The notes under the pieces are model-generated. The model was not told the origin of the DNA. It saw nothing but the letters and a program-made list of their open reading frames with translations, and ran no database searches. Positions 24,901 to 28,194 of a stretch of DNA of 64,000 nucleotides are shown piece after piece. How positions within the stretch are numbered: position 1 is the stretch's first letter; the number at the start of each line of letters is the position of its first letter. The position numbers were made by a program, and so were the translations under genes. The stretch is from Candidatus Nomurabacteria bacterium (GTDB taxonomy: Bacteria; Patescibacteriota; Minisyncoccia; Phycocordibacterales; UBA918), in the NCBI GenBank assembly GCA_020631995.1, contig JACKGJ010000002.1:26773-90772 (forward strand), written 5' to 3'.

Positions 24901-25878
24901 AAGAAAGCTACCGGTATGGCGGGAGAGCGAGTAGTAGGTATCGTAGCGACTAAACCTGGTATCGTCCTAGACGACAATGCTAATGAAGGAGCACTAAAGG
25001 TACCAATAGCACTAGCAGGACGTGTACCAGTGAAGGTAACTATTGATGGCGGCGTAATAGCTATCGGTGACTTAATCACTATGGGTACTAGTACTCCTGG
25101 AGTAGCTCGTAAAGCAGAGATAGGTGACGCTGTCATTGGTTACGCTCTAGCACCATTTAGTGCAGAAGAACCAGGTACGGTTGAAGTATTTGTTAACCTA
25201 GACCTTGGTGACTCTATGATGGCGTACTACTACCAGAACGCTTCATCAACTGCTTCTTCTACTGAACCGTTCTCAGCTCACTCACTCTTTGAGCGAGTGA
25301 TAGAGCTAGCTCAGGCCTTTGTAGATGGAGTGCTTAGAATTGTGGAGATTGTGGTGCAGAAGTTGACTGTTGGTTCTGCTACACAGCCGGCTGGTGTGAC
25401 ACTCTTCGACGTTGAAACCGGTGAACCATACTGTCTCGTCATTAAGGACGGAAAGCCAGCAAGTCTTGAGGGTACTTGTGAGGAGGCTGATTTGTCACAG
25501 TACCTACCAGAGCCTGAACCAGAACCAGAACCAGAACCGGAAACTGAAACAGAAACACCAACAGAATCAGAAGAACCAACTGATACTACTCCTACCGACA
25601 CGGCCAGCACTACCGATGATGGAACTGGTACTGATACGGGTGAAGAACCAACTGATTCAGACCCTGAAGATTCTGATAACACTGGAGGAGTAGGTTCAGG
25701 CAGTGGGGGTGGCACAGAAACTCCTGAAGGCGGAGAAGACACAGACACTACGACTCCACCAACAACAGGAGAAGGGAAGTCTGAAGAACCAGCTCCAGCA
25801 CCGGAGCCTGAACCAACCTCTGAACCAACACCGGAGCCTGAGCCAGCACCAACTCCAGCACCAGCACCAGCGACATAG
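3994..25878 (+). CDS. giant (7,294 aa) membrane-anchored surface fibre protein: HTH + TM + tail-fibre-like repeats, C1q-like domain, propeller-like repeats, acidic PE/PT tail
   Basis: One uninterrupted ORF of 21,885 nt. Start is GTG 3994 or ATG 3997; TACAAT at 3983-3988 lies 8 nt before ATG 3997. The composition is strongly T/S/G/N/A-rich. Cys occurs only near the two ends. The module map is given in the sub-features and findings. All antisense ORFs inside it are composition artefacts. Confidence 0.9.
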   Translation: MMSDSTEPSGVAALKSKKFLSVKEAASVSSYTTAHITRLAQKGLVEAKRDGRQWLIDPISLQKFVLETEEKKKVRKEQLRKERVEELHSSNVGQSLDDSEESFSIFDFQTAVISTAFTVCVALLFSLGGAYGQDESVVAGSTVVSGVEKMSNDFKDRVFPRTRDLTATTLLSAPIANYSGKVLGWLWCDFKLLWYKNDSCGAPPIEYAIVPSVNNEDSKVETKNENDVIVYNTYITNPIDREVVEREIVREIFVQGGELSSFVAYVTRTEYNNQVDAIMRSIENIDTSNSGGGGGGTSNVSSLEDLSDVASMTEAVGNLLVWTGSSWSNIATSSLGIVGTGAVDSVNGQIGVVVLDTGDISENGNLYFTDARARSTLSSTATGLSYTTSTGVFSLTSGYVIPFSASTTQWANTTNLVNASSSSWTTAFNTINASSTFWDTAYSWGDHSLAGYLSNITGESVESLSDVASMTQATGDLLYWTGSAWSNIATSSLGISGGGAVDSVNGQTGVVVLDTGDITENGNLYFTNARADARIAAGTSTIRNMLSGTSSIVYNASTGEISFNNPGYITGTAWGDITGTLSNQTDLQLALDAKLSTTTAASTYYLASNPAGYTTNTGTVTSVGLTLPTGLSVTGSPITTSGALAVTLTSGYVIPLSASTTEWSTAYGWGDHSLAGYLTSITGQSLEDLSDVASMTQTSGDLLSWNGSSWTNVATSSLGFVATESDPIFTASTAFGIDNTDVTNWNTAYASTTALTPSYIRNLFSNSATGLTYNSSTGATSLTAGYSIPLTASTTAWNNTTNLVNASSSSWTTAFNTINASSTFWDTAYSWGNHGIVGYLTTVDISDNTNLAGDTEIVLTGDTLSIASSITRDAEIDTESELEAFLTDVTNIFTNNDGALNDDDLSDNTTTDLAEGTNQYFTTSRARSALSAGAGITYATSTGIIALNATGDWTGTFDGQEGTYYLSRANHTGTQLASTISDFATAADARIAAGTSTIRNMLSAGTGLSYNSGTGQFTNTGVLSIGGLTGAIATSSLHVATSTYAFTAGTSSVALALDGFNSNDYLTLAAWNATTTDALDEGSSNLYFTNARARESLSSSATGLSYATSTGVFSLTSGYVIPLSASTTAWTNFYNTPSTRITAGTNIDWTGNTLNIDTDLANYNNTSTAFIDLTDLSSLATGLTYNNTNGQFSLTSGYNIPLTASTTNWNNTYNTVTANSASWDAAAASTTALTPSYIRNLFSNSATGLTYNSSTGATSLTAGYSIPLTASTTEWSNKVSSQWTTSGSNIYYNAGKVGIGTTTPTESLHVYGSGNQRMMVETSDDGSAQFRLKNSNTEWHFEAWNNAFNFVETYAGNRLTILEGGNVGIGTTTPGSLLTVAGTANITGATTLSSTLNVTGNTTLANASSTNFTVSGNSYLGVVTSGTWNGTAIDISSYTNLGVTATGLELSGDAIVLSSGYNIPLTASTTNWNNTYNTVTANSASWDAAAASTTALTPSYIRNLFSNSATGLTYNSSTGATSLTAGYSIPLTASTTAWNNTTNLVNASSSSWTTAFNTINASSTFWDTAYSWGNHGIVGYLTTVDISDNTNLSVTATGLELSGDAIVLSSGYTIPLSASTTAWTNFYNTPSTRITAGTGLSWTGNTLNASSSADINYWTLSGSNVYRTTGNVGIGTSTPNSALTVVGNTYLSGNLTASGTLAVTGTATSTFAGGIEITGDIIPSADDVYSLGSLSRVWRDVYIGPGSLYVNGKKVIQDISDTITISTDPDQNLMSQTSGVGVITMRATGSGNANVNTGSGNINITSTSGNVNIGTSGSGQLNFGTVTTGVWHGTDIDVSDYTNLSVTATGLELSGDAIVLSSGYTIPLSASTTAWTNFYNTPSTRITAGTNIDWTGNTLNIDTDLANYNNTSTAFIDLTDLSSLATGLTYNNTNGQFSLTSGYNIPLTASTTNWNNTYNTVTANSASWDAAAASTTALTPSYIRNLFSNSATGLTYNSSTGATSLTAGYSIPLTASTTAWNNTTNLVNASSSSWTTAFNTINASSTFWDTAYSWGNHGIVGYLTNITGESLENLSDVASMTQATGDLLSWNGANWTNVATSSLGFNDHSSVTLAGSYDYLTLSGQQITLNQIDLTTDVTGVLPNANVADDITLTNITQITNRAISDTTGTLTVARGGTGATSLTGLLLGNGTSAFTATTTLSQGYGGTGIGSYTAGDLLYANSNGALEKLPIGSSGQVLKVSAGLPSWGVDQTVGEGGGGGVWATSTEFIYPQNTSNRVVIGNSATSTNNAIFEVTGISYFSNKVGIGDTSPTSLFTVGAGDAFQVTSLGVIASGTWNGTDIDISDYTNLSVTATGLELSGDAIVLSSGYNIPLTASTTNWNNTYNTVTANSASWDAAAASTTALTPSYIRNLFSNSATGLTYNSSTGATSLTAGYSIPLTASTTAWNNTTNLVNASSSSWTTAFNTINASSTFWDTAYSWGNHGIVGYLTTVDISDNTNLAGDTEIVLTGDTLSIASSITRDAEIDTESELEAFLTDVTNIFTNNDGALNDDDLSDNTTTDLAEGTNQYFTTSRARSALSAGAGITYATSTGIIALNATGDWTGTFDGQEGTYYLSRANHTGTQLASTISDFATAADARIAAGTSTIRNMLSAGTGLSYNSGTGQFTNTGVLSIGGLTGAIATSSLHVATSTYAFTAGTSSVALALDGFNSNDYLTLAAWNATTTDALDEGSSNLYFTNARARESLSSSATGLSYATSTGVFSLTSGYVIPLSASTTAWTNFYNTPSTRITAGTNIDWTGNTLNIDTDLANYNNTSTAFIDLTDLSSLATGLTYNNTNGQFSLTSGYNIPLTASTTNWNNTYNTVTANSASWDAAAASTTALTPSYIRNLFSNSATGLTYNSSTGATSLTAGYSIPLTASTTAWNNTTNLVNASSSSWTTAFNTINASSTFWDTAYSWGNHGIVGYLTTVDISDNTNLAGDTEIVLTGDTLSIASSITRDAEIDTESELEAFLTDVTNIFTNNDGALNDDDLSDNTTTDLAEGTNQYFTTSRARSALSAGAGITYATSTGIIALNATGDWTGTFDGQEGTYYLSRANHTGTQLASTISDFATAADARIAAGTSTIRNMLSAGTGLSYNSGTGQFTNTGVLSIGGLTGAIATSSLHVATSTYAFTAGTSSVALALDGFNSNDYLTLAAWNATTTDALDEGSSNLYFTNARARESLSSSATGLSYATSTGVFSLTSGYVIPLSASTTAWTNFYNTPSTRITAGTNIDWTGNTLNIDTDLANYNNTNTAFIDLTDLSSLATGLTYNNTNGQFSLTSGYNIPLTASTTNWNNTYNTVTANSASWDAAAASTTALTPSYIRNLFSNSATGLTYNSSTGATSLTAGYSIPLTASTTAWNNTTNLVNASSTFWNTAYSWGNHATQNYFDLDNAPLTVANGGTGTTTLTGLLLGNGTGAFTATTTLSSSYIEDAYVRNTGDSISGTFTLSGSAANIALGTNYISYAGGDTAFNITSGDVVRIGASGTANSTSNSGDLYVEDILEVDGASYLATVSTTGNVGIGTSVGAQRLTVSADATSDAGLFVTGGALSTIGTANANSGQILVGNSTYNASIGYDYTTYDTFIDNYSSGSFDGEIVFRTSPSTTLVAGLTLTNAGAVKVGSGGTTNYATGNGDLYVQDALEVDGTSYLTGVTNAGTFTNTGTFTLSGTAANIALGANYISYAGGDTAFNITSGDVVRIGAGTVNSASNSGDLYVQDILEVDGASYLDTVSTTGNVGIGTSVGAQRLTVSADATSDAGLFVTGGALSTIGTANANSGQILVGNSTYNASIGYDYTTYDTFIDNYSSGSFDGEIVFRTSPSTTLVAGLTLTNAGAVKVGSGGSANYATGNGDLYVQDALEVDGTSYLTGVTNAGTFTNTGTFTLSGTAANIALGANYISYAGGDTAFNITSGDVVRIGAGTVNSASNSGDLYVQDILEVDGASYLDTVSTTGNVGIGTSVGAQRLTVSADATSDAGLFVTGGALSTIGTANANSGQILIGNGSYNTSLAFDYNTFATYLDNSYTTSGGDIILRTSPAGVRTAGLTLTNAGAVKVGSGGSANYATGNGDLYVQDALEVDGTSYLTGVTNAGTFTNTGTFTLSGTAANIALGANYISYAGGDTAFNITSGDVVRIGAGTVNSASNSGDLYVQDILEVDGASYLDTVSTTGNVGIGTSVGAQRLTVSADATSDAGLFVTGGALSTIGTANANSGQILVGNSTYNASIGYDYTTYDTFIDNYSSGSFDGEIVFRTSPSTTLVAGLTLTNAGAVKVGSGGSANYATGNGDLYVQDALEVDGTSYLTGVTNAGTFTNTGTFTLSGTAANIALGANYISYAGGDTAFNITSGDVVRIGAGTVNSASNSGDLYVQDILEVDGASYLDTVSTTGNVGIGTSVGAQRLTVSADATSDAGLFVTGGALSTIGTANANSGQILIGNGSYNTSLAFDYNTFATYLDNSYTTSGGDIILRTSPAGVRTAGLTLTNAGAVKVGSGGSANYATGNGDLYVQDALEVDGTSYLTGVTNAGTFTNTGTFTLSGTAANIALGANYISYAGGDTAFNITSGDVVRIGAGTVNSASNSGDLYVQDILEVDGASYLDTVSTTGNVGIGTSVGAQRLTVSADATSDAGLFVTGGALSTIGTANANSGQILVGNSTYNASIGYDYTTYDTFIDNYSSGSFDGEIVFRTSPSTTLVAGLTLTNAGAVKVGSGGTTNYATGNGDLYVQDALEVDGTSYLTGVTNAGTFTNTGTFTLSGSAANIALGTNYISYAGGDTAFNITSGDVVRIGASGTANSTSNSGDLYVEDILEVDGASYLTGITNTGTLSNSGTLTLSGTAANIALGSNYLSGDGDDEGIYVSATGNVGIGSSTPSSKLTVQGDTWIGGNVTATGTLAVTGATTLSSTLGVTGHATLATASSTNITVSGNSYLGTVRSGTWNGTAIDISSYTNLGVTATGLSLSGDNIALTAGYNIPLTASTTNWNTAYGWGDHSSQNYFDLDSAPLTVANGGTGATSLTGLLLGNGTGAFTATTTLSSSYIDDVFLRNDGDDTTSGILTAAGFNTSGTSTLATTTISGRLGIGTENPISPLDIDGGTVPSGGKVFNLSATIPNTTSNSQYGMLLSGTGSGTGTGFSAVLRVLFNAGYTGSGANSGLSFYNNNAGTGSDLKFNVSNSTPTGNSGFVGFAGNTTIGANYGGIAEALNGNINIGMFGRANFAKNSATNIGVIGAARNTGTSPTQVGGWFTLANTTPSWESAALVADNADQTSPIFLGKDNGDTVFSIIDGGNVGIGSSTPSSKLTVQGDTWIGGSVTATGTLAVTGATTLSSTLGVTGHATLATASSTNITVSGNSYLGTVRSGTWNGTAIDISSYTNLGVTATGLSLSGDNIALTAGYNIPLTASTTAWNNTTNTVNAGASNWNTAFGWGDHSIVGYLTNIGGESFYDLADTQGAYTANRVLYQDGGGVTDSANLTFNGSLFNVIGTASSTSLVAGNASTTNLTVSGNLYVPSSIRFPSIGAASTITRAGNHALTLTSGATTNATFPSGTVTLADLGSTQTFSGAKTFSNATVALSGGTAILSFSSATGNKTISTGGSTNLILSPGGNVGIGTTNPNTKLEVSGTASSTGLQVNGNGLLTGTFGVTGHATLATASSTALTVSGKTTLANASSTSLTISGNSYLGTVSSGVWNGTAIDISSYTNLGVTATGLSLSGDNIALTAGYNIPLTASTTNWNTAYGWGDHSIVGYLTNITGQSLEDLSDVASMTQTSGDLLSWNGSSWTNVATSSLGISGGSSVFTEAGNDAYFTGGRISIGTTSTSSLLTIQASSTENVFSLLTATGANLFTVAGETTGTSTLATNLAITGNLSLSGSLYDSASSAGTSGMVLQSTGSGTTWVATSTLGITGISDGVASSSVAFSVHKNGTNQGSITSDSFTKLTWSTELFDTNNNFNTSTSRFTPTIAGKYIINATALFTGLGFDQVEIITSIYKNGTLLYDSPVVRGSGANPQGGSVSGIVDMNGTTDYIEIYVWQNSGSARTISGATTSTHFSGALIAPSNGLAGGWSNDETQSYLADYTDLVAIGTTTAAAKLDIWGSAGSTDILGISSSTGTRLLTVSSAGNVGIGTSTPGSLLTVTGTSTMGTILPGGAYTGNMSAFNLGASASRWNEVWAGTYNVGTSTWSLSATGPDRFGIFSSASAGGTEVFSILQGGNIGIGTTTPSDKLTVAGGATFDHFTTSSTTATSTIAGNLEVTGNISFTGSLLDSIGSAGSAGMVLQSTGSGVQWVATSSLGISAGGSADDGVLSHTFTASSTWNAITSLSETSTVQVVLDASNVTNGQLILTVDGSNVLTTNAGEKNYRVVSADSSVSISTSEVGFSFATTTFVDSFSVASDESSPNDVVFSNDGTKMFVSGNEFSEIIEYHLGTAFDVSTAVYDSGFYTGFQDNLPRGFAFNTDGTKMFVVGGEGDDVNEYTLSTGFDVSTASFVDSFSVSAQETDPYGLAFSSDGTKMFVVGSVGDDVNEYTLSTGFDVSTASFVDSFSISAQDTAPTGLAFNTNGTKMFVMGWTGDDVNIYHLGTAFDVSTAVYNSVFSVAAQETSPTGIAFNTNGTKMFVVGQAGDDVNEYTLGAAFTLNPTAFVDSFSVSTQESAPNDVAFSTDGTKMFVMGWTGDDVNEYNLGTAFDVSTAVYDSVFYVGSQEATPSGLAFSTDGTKMFVTGFSGVDVNEYHLGTAWDVSTAVYDSIFYVGSQESTPRDVAFSTDGLKMFISGATGIDITEYNLGVAFDVSTAVYDSAFSVSAQDTAPFGLTFSPDGLKMFVVGDTGNDINEYTLGTAFDVSTASYSTVFSVAAQDTTPRGIAFNTNGTKMFVVGQAGVDVNEYTLAGPFSGTAHAYISYVAENTGGADLAEMYATAESDLEAGDVVALDTERPGYVKKATGMAGERVVGIVATKPGIVLDDNANEGALKVPIALAGRVPVKVTIDGGVIAIGDLITMGTSTPGVARKAEIGDAVIGYALAPFSAEEPGTVEVFVNLDLGDSMMAYYYQNASSTASSTEPFSAHSLFERVIELAQAFVDGVLRIVEIVVQKLTVGSATQPAGVTLFDVETGEPYCLVIKDGKPASLEGTCEEADLSQYLPEPEPEPEPEPETETETPTESEEPTDTTPTDTASTTDDGTGTDTGEEPTDSDPEDSDNTGGVGSGSGGGTETPEGGEDTDTTTPPTTGEGKSEEPAPAPEPEPTSEPTPEPEPAPTPAPAPAT
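4039..4188 (+). other. N-terminal excisionase/MerR-type HTH module of the giant protein (aa ~16-65)
   Basis: KSKKFLSVKEAASVSSYTTAHITRLAQKGLVEAKRDGRQWLIDPISLQKF. This shows the same pattern as aa ~12-55 of the upstream protein: hydrophobic-S/K-V-x-x-A, then YT-x-x-x-I-x-x-L, then G-R-x-W. A K/E-rich helix (ETEEKKKVRKEQLRKERVEEL) follows. Confidence 0.6.
4312..4386 (+). other. single predicted TM helix of the giant protein (aa ~107-131)
   Basis: FQTAVISTAFTVCVALLFSLGGAYG is the only long hydrophobic stretch in the 7,294 aa. Positive charges lie on the N-terminal side, which implies an N-in topology with an extracellular remainder. Confidence 0.6.
6241..7812 (+). repeat. distal copy (about 1.1 units) of the 1,434-bp coding repeat
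   Basis: 6241-7812 matches 11191-12762 (offset 4,950) and 12625-14196 essentially base for base. Identical antisense ORFs at 6507/11457/12891 and 6885/11835/13269 confirm this. Confidence 0.9.
11098..14270 (+). repeat. tandem array, about 2.2 copies of a 1,434-bp (478-codon) unit
   Basis: Unit phase marker GCCTCAACCACCGCC occurs at 11191, 12625 and 14059 (period 1,434). I spotted only a few substitutions, e.g. act/acc near 12330 vs 13764 and agc/aac near 12443 vs 13877. The last copy is truncated by an apparent in-frame deletion (NASSSSWTTAFNTINASSTFW becomes NASSTFW). Confidence 0.9.
14458..18558 (+). repeat. tandem array, about 6.3 copies of a 217/216-codon unit (654, 651, 648, 651, 648, 651 bp plus a 198-bp partial)
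   Basis: The unit start ACCTTCACTCTCTCCGGC occurs at 14458, 15112, 15763, 16411, 17062, 17710 and 18361. There are two body variants: A (ILVGNSTYNASIGYDYTTYDTFIDNYSSGSFDGEIVFRTSPSTTLVAG) and B (ILIGNGSYNTSLAFDYNTFATYLDNSYTTSGGDIILRTSPAGVRTAG). Their order is A A B A B A. Units 2-6 are virtually identical at the DNA level. Unit 1 differs at synonymous sites. Confidence 0.9.
18694..19045 (+). repeat. dispersed coding duplicate, copy 1 (GNVGIGSSTPSSKLTVQGDTWIGG...GYNIPLTASTT)
   Basis: About 350 bp, near-identical to 19963-20314 (offset 1,269). A third, more divergent copy of its 3' half lies at about 21181-21320. Confidence 0.85.
19963..20314 (+). repeat. dispersed coding duplicate, copy 2
   Basis: See 18694-19045. 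The two copies bracket a unique ~900-bp segment (19060-19960) rich in G/N/T/S. Confidence 0.85.
21844..22270 (+). other. C1q/TNF-like jelly-roll domain within the giant protein
   Basis: VAFSVHKNGTNQGSITSDSFTKLTWSTELFDTNNNFNTSTSRFTPTIAGKYIINATALFTG...IITSIYKNGTLLYDS...VDMNGTTDYIEIYVWQ. The pattern is AFSV, then a property-independent F..N.. segment, then G.Y.F/I, then KNG, spread over about 140 aa. This matches C1q globular heads and the BclA C-terminal domain as I recall them. Confidence 0.5.
23248..24777 (+). repeat. ten tandem 51-codon (153-bp) degenerate repeats, beta-propeller-blade-like
   Basis: Approximate consensus: [FY]vDSFSVsaQet.P.GlAFstDGTKMFVvG..GDDVNEYtLgTAFDVSTA. I counted 10 copies by eye. 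They are divergent at the DNA level, unlike the upstream arrays. Confidence 0.75.
24778..25200 (+). other. C-terminal globular module of the giant protein (ADLAEMY...GDVV type)
   Basis: GGADLAEMYATAESDLEAGDVVALDTERPGYVKKATGMAGERVVGIVATKPGIVLDDN...IALAGRVPVKVTIDGGVIAIGDLITMG...AVIGYALAPF...GTVEVFVNL. Non-repetitive, with beta-rich text. The family assignment is uncertain. Confidence 0.35.
25507..25875 (+). repeat. low-complexity acidic Pro/Glu/Thr tail, including a (GAACCA)n-type hexanucleotide run
   Basis: PEPEPEPEPEPETETETPTESEEPTDTTPTD...EPAPAPEPEPTSEPTPEPEPAPTPAPAPAT, running to the stop codon. Confidence 0.9.
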
Positions 25879-26032
25879 CGAGTACTATTAAGATATACAC
25901 TGAAACTATTCGGGCAACACAAGCGCAAATAGTACAGGTGCTTGGAGTTACTCAATCAGGTTGTCTCTAGTAGTATTAAGAACGTGTTTTCTGACGGTGA
26001 AATTGAAGAGAAGAGTAATGTATAAGAAATGC

Positions 26033-26063
26033 ATAACAATAGACACTCGATGTCTATTGTTAT
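26033..26063 (+). terminator. hairpin downstream of the giant ORF (weak U-tract)
   Basis: ATAACAATAGACA-ctcga-TGTCTATTGTTAT forms a 13-bp perfect stem. It is followed by ATGTGTG, so no clean T-run. Confidence 0.4.
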
Positions 26064-26084
26064 ATGTGTGGGTGAGGAGTTGCG

Positions 26085-26654
26085 GTGTATAATGGCTATA
26101 TGAAGCTTGATGCGCAAATAGAGGCTTTGCTTTTTTATAAAGCTGAGCCAATTAAAAAAGCAGTTTTATTAAAAACTTTAGGAGTGAAGGAGGGTGAGTT
26201 GGGCTCCGCCTTGGAGGCGCTCAAAGAGCGCCTCCAAGGCGGAGCGACCGCACTCCTCGTAACTGAGGAGGAGGTGTCATTAGTGGTGGCCCCAGAATTT
26301 GATGAGCTTATTGATAGTACTCGCAAGGAAGAAATGAAGCGTGGTATTGGTAAGGCCGGGGCAGAAACCTTGGCAATTGTGATGTATCGAGGGCCCATTA
26401 CCCGCGTGGAGATTGATCGAGTGCGTGGCGTAAACTCCTCATATATATTACGTAATCTGGAAATACGCGGTTTGGTAGAGAGGAGGATGGGGAAGCGACA
26501 GAACGAGTTTGTTATTACCACTGAACTTTTGCGTCATTTGGGGATACGGGAAAAAACTGAAATGCCAGATTATGCTAAGGTACTTAACGCGTTGGAAGCT
26601 TTCGAGAGTAGTGCTTTTGAAAATGACGAATCTCCGCGTCAGGCTACGGAATAA
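26085..26654 (+). CDS. scpB: segregation and condensation protein B
   Basis: EALLFYKAEPIKKAVLLKTLG and GKAGAETLAIVMYRGPITRVEIDRVRGVNSSYILRNLEIRGLV. SD GAGGAG at 26074-26079 lies 5 nt before GTG 26085. Confidence 0.85.
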   Translation: MYNGYMKLDAQIEALLFYKAEPIKKAVLLKTLGVKEGELGSALEALKERLQGGATALLVTEEEVSLVVAPEFDELIDSTRKEEMKRGIGKAGAETLAIVMYRGPITRVEIDRVRGVNSSYILRNLEIRGLVERRMGKRQNEFVITTELLRHLGIREKTEMPDYAKVLNALEAFESSAFENDESPRQATE

Positions 26655-26813
26655 TAAGTTCAACGTATATTGAATACGCCTCACTTATTTTTCCTTGCCT
26701 TCCTTGACCTTCATTCATTTTCAAAAGCACCAAGAAAGTGGTAAAAATGATGAATTACTGCGTTAGGTTACGGAACATTGATCTCAATATAGGCAACAAA
26801 ATTTGAATAAAAA

Positions 26814-27866
26814 ATGACTAATTTAGAAAACAACGATATTAACAACGAAAATCTCAGTGAGGGAGAGAGCTTATCTTTTGTGCCAGTCTCGGTAAACAAA
26901 ACTTCAAATATGCCGGTTCGACGACAATTGGCCATAGTCGCTTTGTTGCTTTTGGGTATTTTTAGTTTTGGTGCTAGCGCTTTATGGCTCGGTGGTGATA
27001 GTGATAACGGTGGAGGGATGACCGCTTCTTTGGTTCAGTCAGAAGAATTGGATGAAAATGAAACAGATGTTGAGCGTATTAGTTTTGATGATTTAGAAAT
27101 ATTGGCTCAGTCTGCCATTGTGATAGATGTCCAGACAGATGAGGTGCTCTACCAAAAGTCGCCTGATGAGTCGTTGCCACTTGCTAGTATTACAAAGTTA
27201 ATGACAGCTTTGGTAGCTAGCGAAGTAGTGGAAGCCAATGATGTTATTCCAATAACTGCGAATGCTCTCGATCAGGCTGGGGATAGTGGACTCCAGTCGG
27301 GTGAAAGATTTTCTTATAAAAGTCTAATTGACTTAGTATTACTTACTTCATCTAATGATGGAGCTTATGCGCTGTCTGCCTATGTCGGTGGTGCACTTGA
27401 CTCATATGAACCAGAAGTCGCCTTTGTGAAAGCAATGAATGTGCGAGCTAAGGAGCTTGGTCTTTCACAGACTTCCTTCCGCAATCCAACTGGGCTTGAT
27501 ATATCGGAGACTGAAGCTGGTGCATACGGCAGTGCACGTGACGTGGCTAAACTAATGAAATACATCTTAGAAAGTTCTCCAGAGTTACTTGAGGCCACTA
27601 CATATATAGATACTTCAGTTTATAGTGAGTCTGGAACTCTGCATAAAGCTGATAATACTAATTATGTAGTAGACGCTATACCAAACACCATTGCCTCTAA
27701 AACTGGCTACACCACTCTCTCGGGAGGGAACTTAGTTGTAGCTTTCAATGTGGGACTCAATCGACCAGTTATTGCTGTGGTGCTCGGTTCAACACATCAG
27801 GGACGTTTTTCTGACATACTAAAGTTAGTGGAAGCTACCAAGAGCGAAATAATGAGTGGAGAATAG
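26814..27866 (+). CDS. D-alanyl-D-alanine carboxypeptidase (peptidase S11, PBP5-like), membrane anchored
   Basis: SxxK (ASITKLM), SxN (SSNDGA) and KTG (SKTGYT) motifs, plus an N-terminal TM (LAIVALLLLGIFSFGASALWL). Confidence 0.8.
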   Translation: MTNLENNDINNENLSEGESLSFVPVSVNKTSNMPVRRQLAIVALLLLGIFSFGASALWLGGDSDNGGGMTASLVQSEELDENETDVERISFDDLEILAQSAIVIDVQTDEVLYQKSPDESLPLASITKLMTALVASEVVEANDVIPITANALDQAGDSGLQSGERFSYKSLIDLVLLTSSNDGAYALSAYVGGALDSYEPEVAFVKAMNVRAKELGLSQTSFRNPTGLDISETEAGAYGSARDVAKLMKYILESSPELLEATTYIDTSVYSESGTLHKADNTNYVVDAIPNTIASKTGYTTLSGGNLVVAFNVGLNRPVIAVVLGSTHQGRFSDILKLVEATKSEIMSGE

Positions 27867-27915
27867 ACAGAACAGCAACTTGACGTCGTGTTGCTGTTGT
27901 ATATACTATAGGCAT

Positions 27916-28194
27916 ATGGCTAAGACAACTATCAACATCAAAGCTGACAAATATATTAAGGAAGAGGCGCAAAAAACGGCTCGTGAGCTTGGTATGCCAC
28001 TGTCTACTGTAATCAATGGGTATTTAGCTCAGTTTGTCAGAACAAAAGAAGTTTATTTCTATCTTGAAGGGGAGCTCAAGCCTATGGCAAAGCGTCGCCT
28101 TGACCGACTACAAAAGGAGGCTCTGGAAGGCAAGAACCTTACTGGGTCCTTTGATAGTGCGCGGAAGGCAATTGACCATTTACATTCACAATGA
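27916..28194 (+). CDS. type II antitoxin, RelB/DinJ family
   Basis: MAKTTINIKADKYIKEEAQKTARELGMPLSTVINGYLAQFV shows a ribbon-helix-helix pattern. ATG 27916 lies within track ORF 27856-28194. It overlaps the toxin gene by 4 nt (ATGA). Confidence 0.8.
   Translation: MAKTTINIKADKYIKEEAQKTARELGMPLSTVINGYLAQFVRTKEVYFYLEGELKPMAKRRLDRLQKEALEGKNLTGSFDSARKAIDHLHSQ

Noticed and set aside
21844-25200. A possible diversity-generating retroelement target, since large surface proteins of reduced-genome bacteria often carry one.
   Set aside because: There is no reverse transcriptase gene, no template/variable repeat pair with adenine-specific mismatches, and no C-type-lectin-like terminal text in the window.
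25507-25560. A (GAACCA)n/(GAAACN)n microsatellite considered as a frameshifting phase-variation switch.
   Set aside because: The unit length is a multiple of three, so slippage changes tail length but not the reading frame.
4812-25955. Dozens of 60-214-aa ORFs on the minus strand and in alternative + frames inside the giant gene, for example 6507-6800, 8247-8696, 15070-15273, 20481-20969, 22323-22874, 23332-23826 and 25311-25955.
   Set aside because: They are shadows of a codon-biased, stop-poor coding sequence. They repeat exactly with the sense-strand repeats, have low-complexity translations (V/A/S/P/E runs), and have no independent start or terminator signals.
27856-27915. An N-terminal extension of the antitoxin ORF (MENRQNSNLTSCCCCIYYRH...).
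   Set aside because: It overlaps the dac stop region and contains a Cys run. The RHH antitoxin sequence starts cleanly at ATG 27916.
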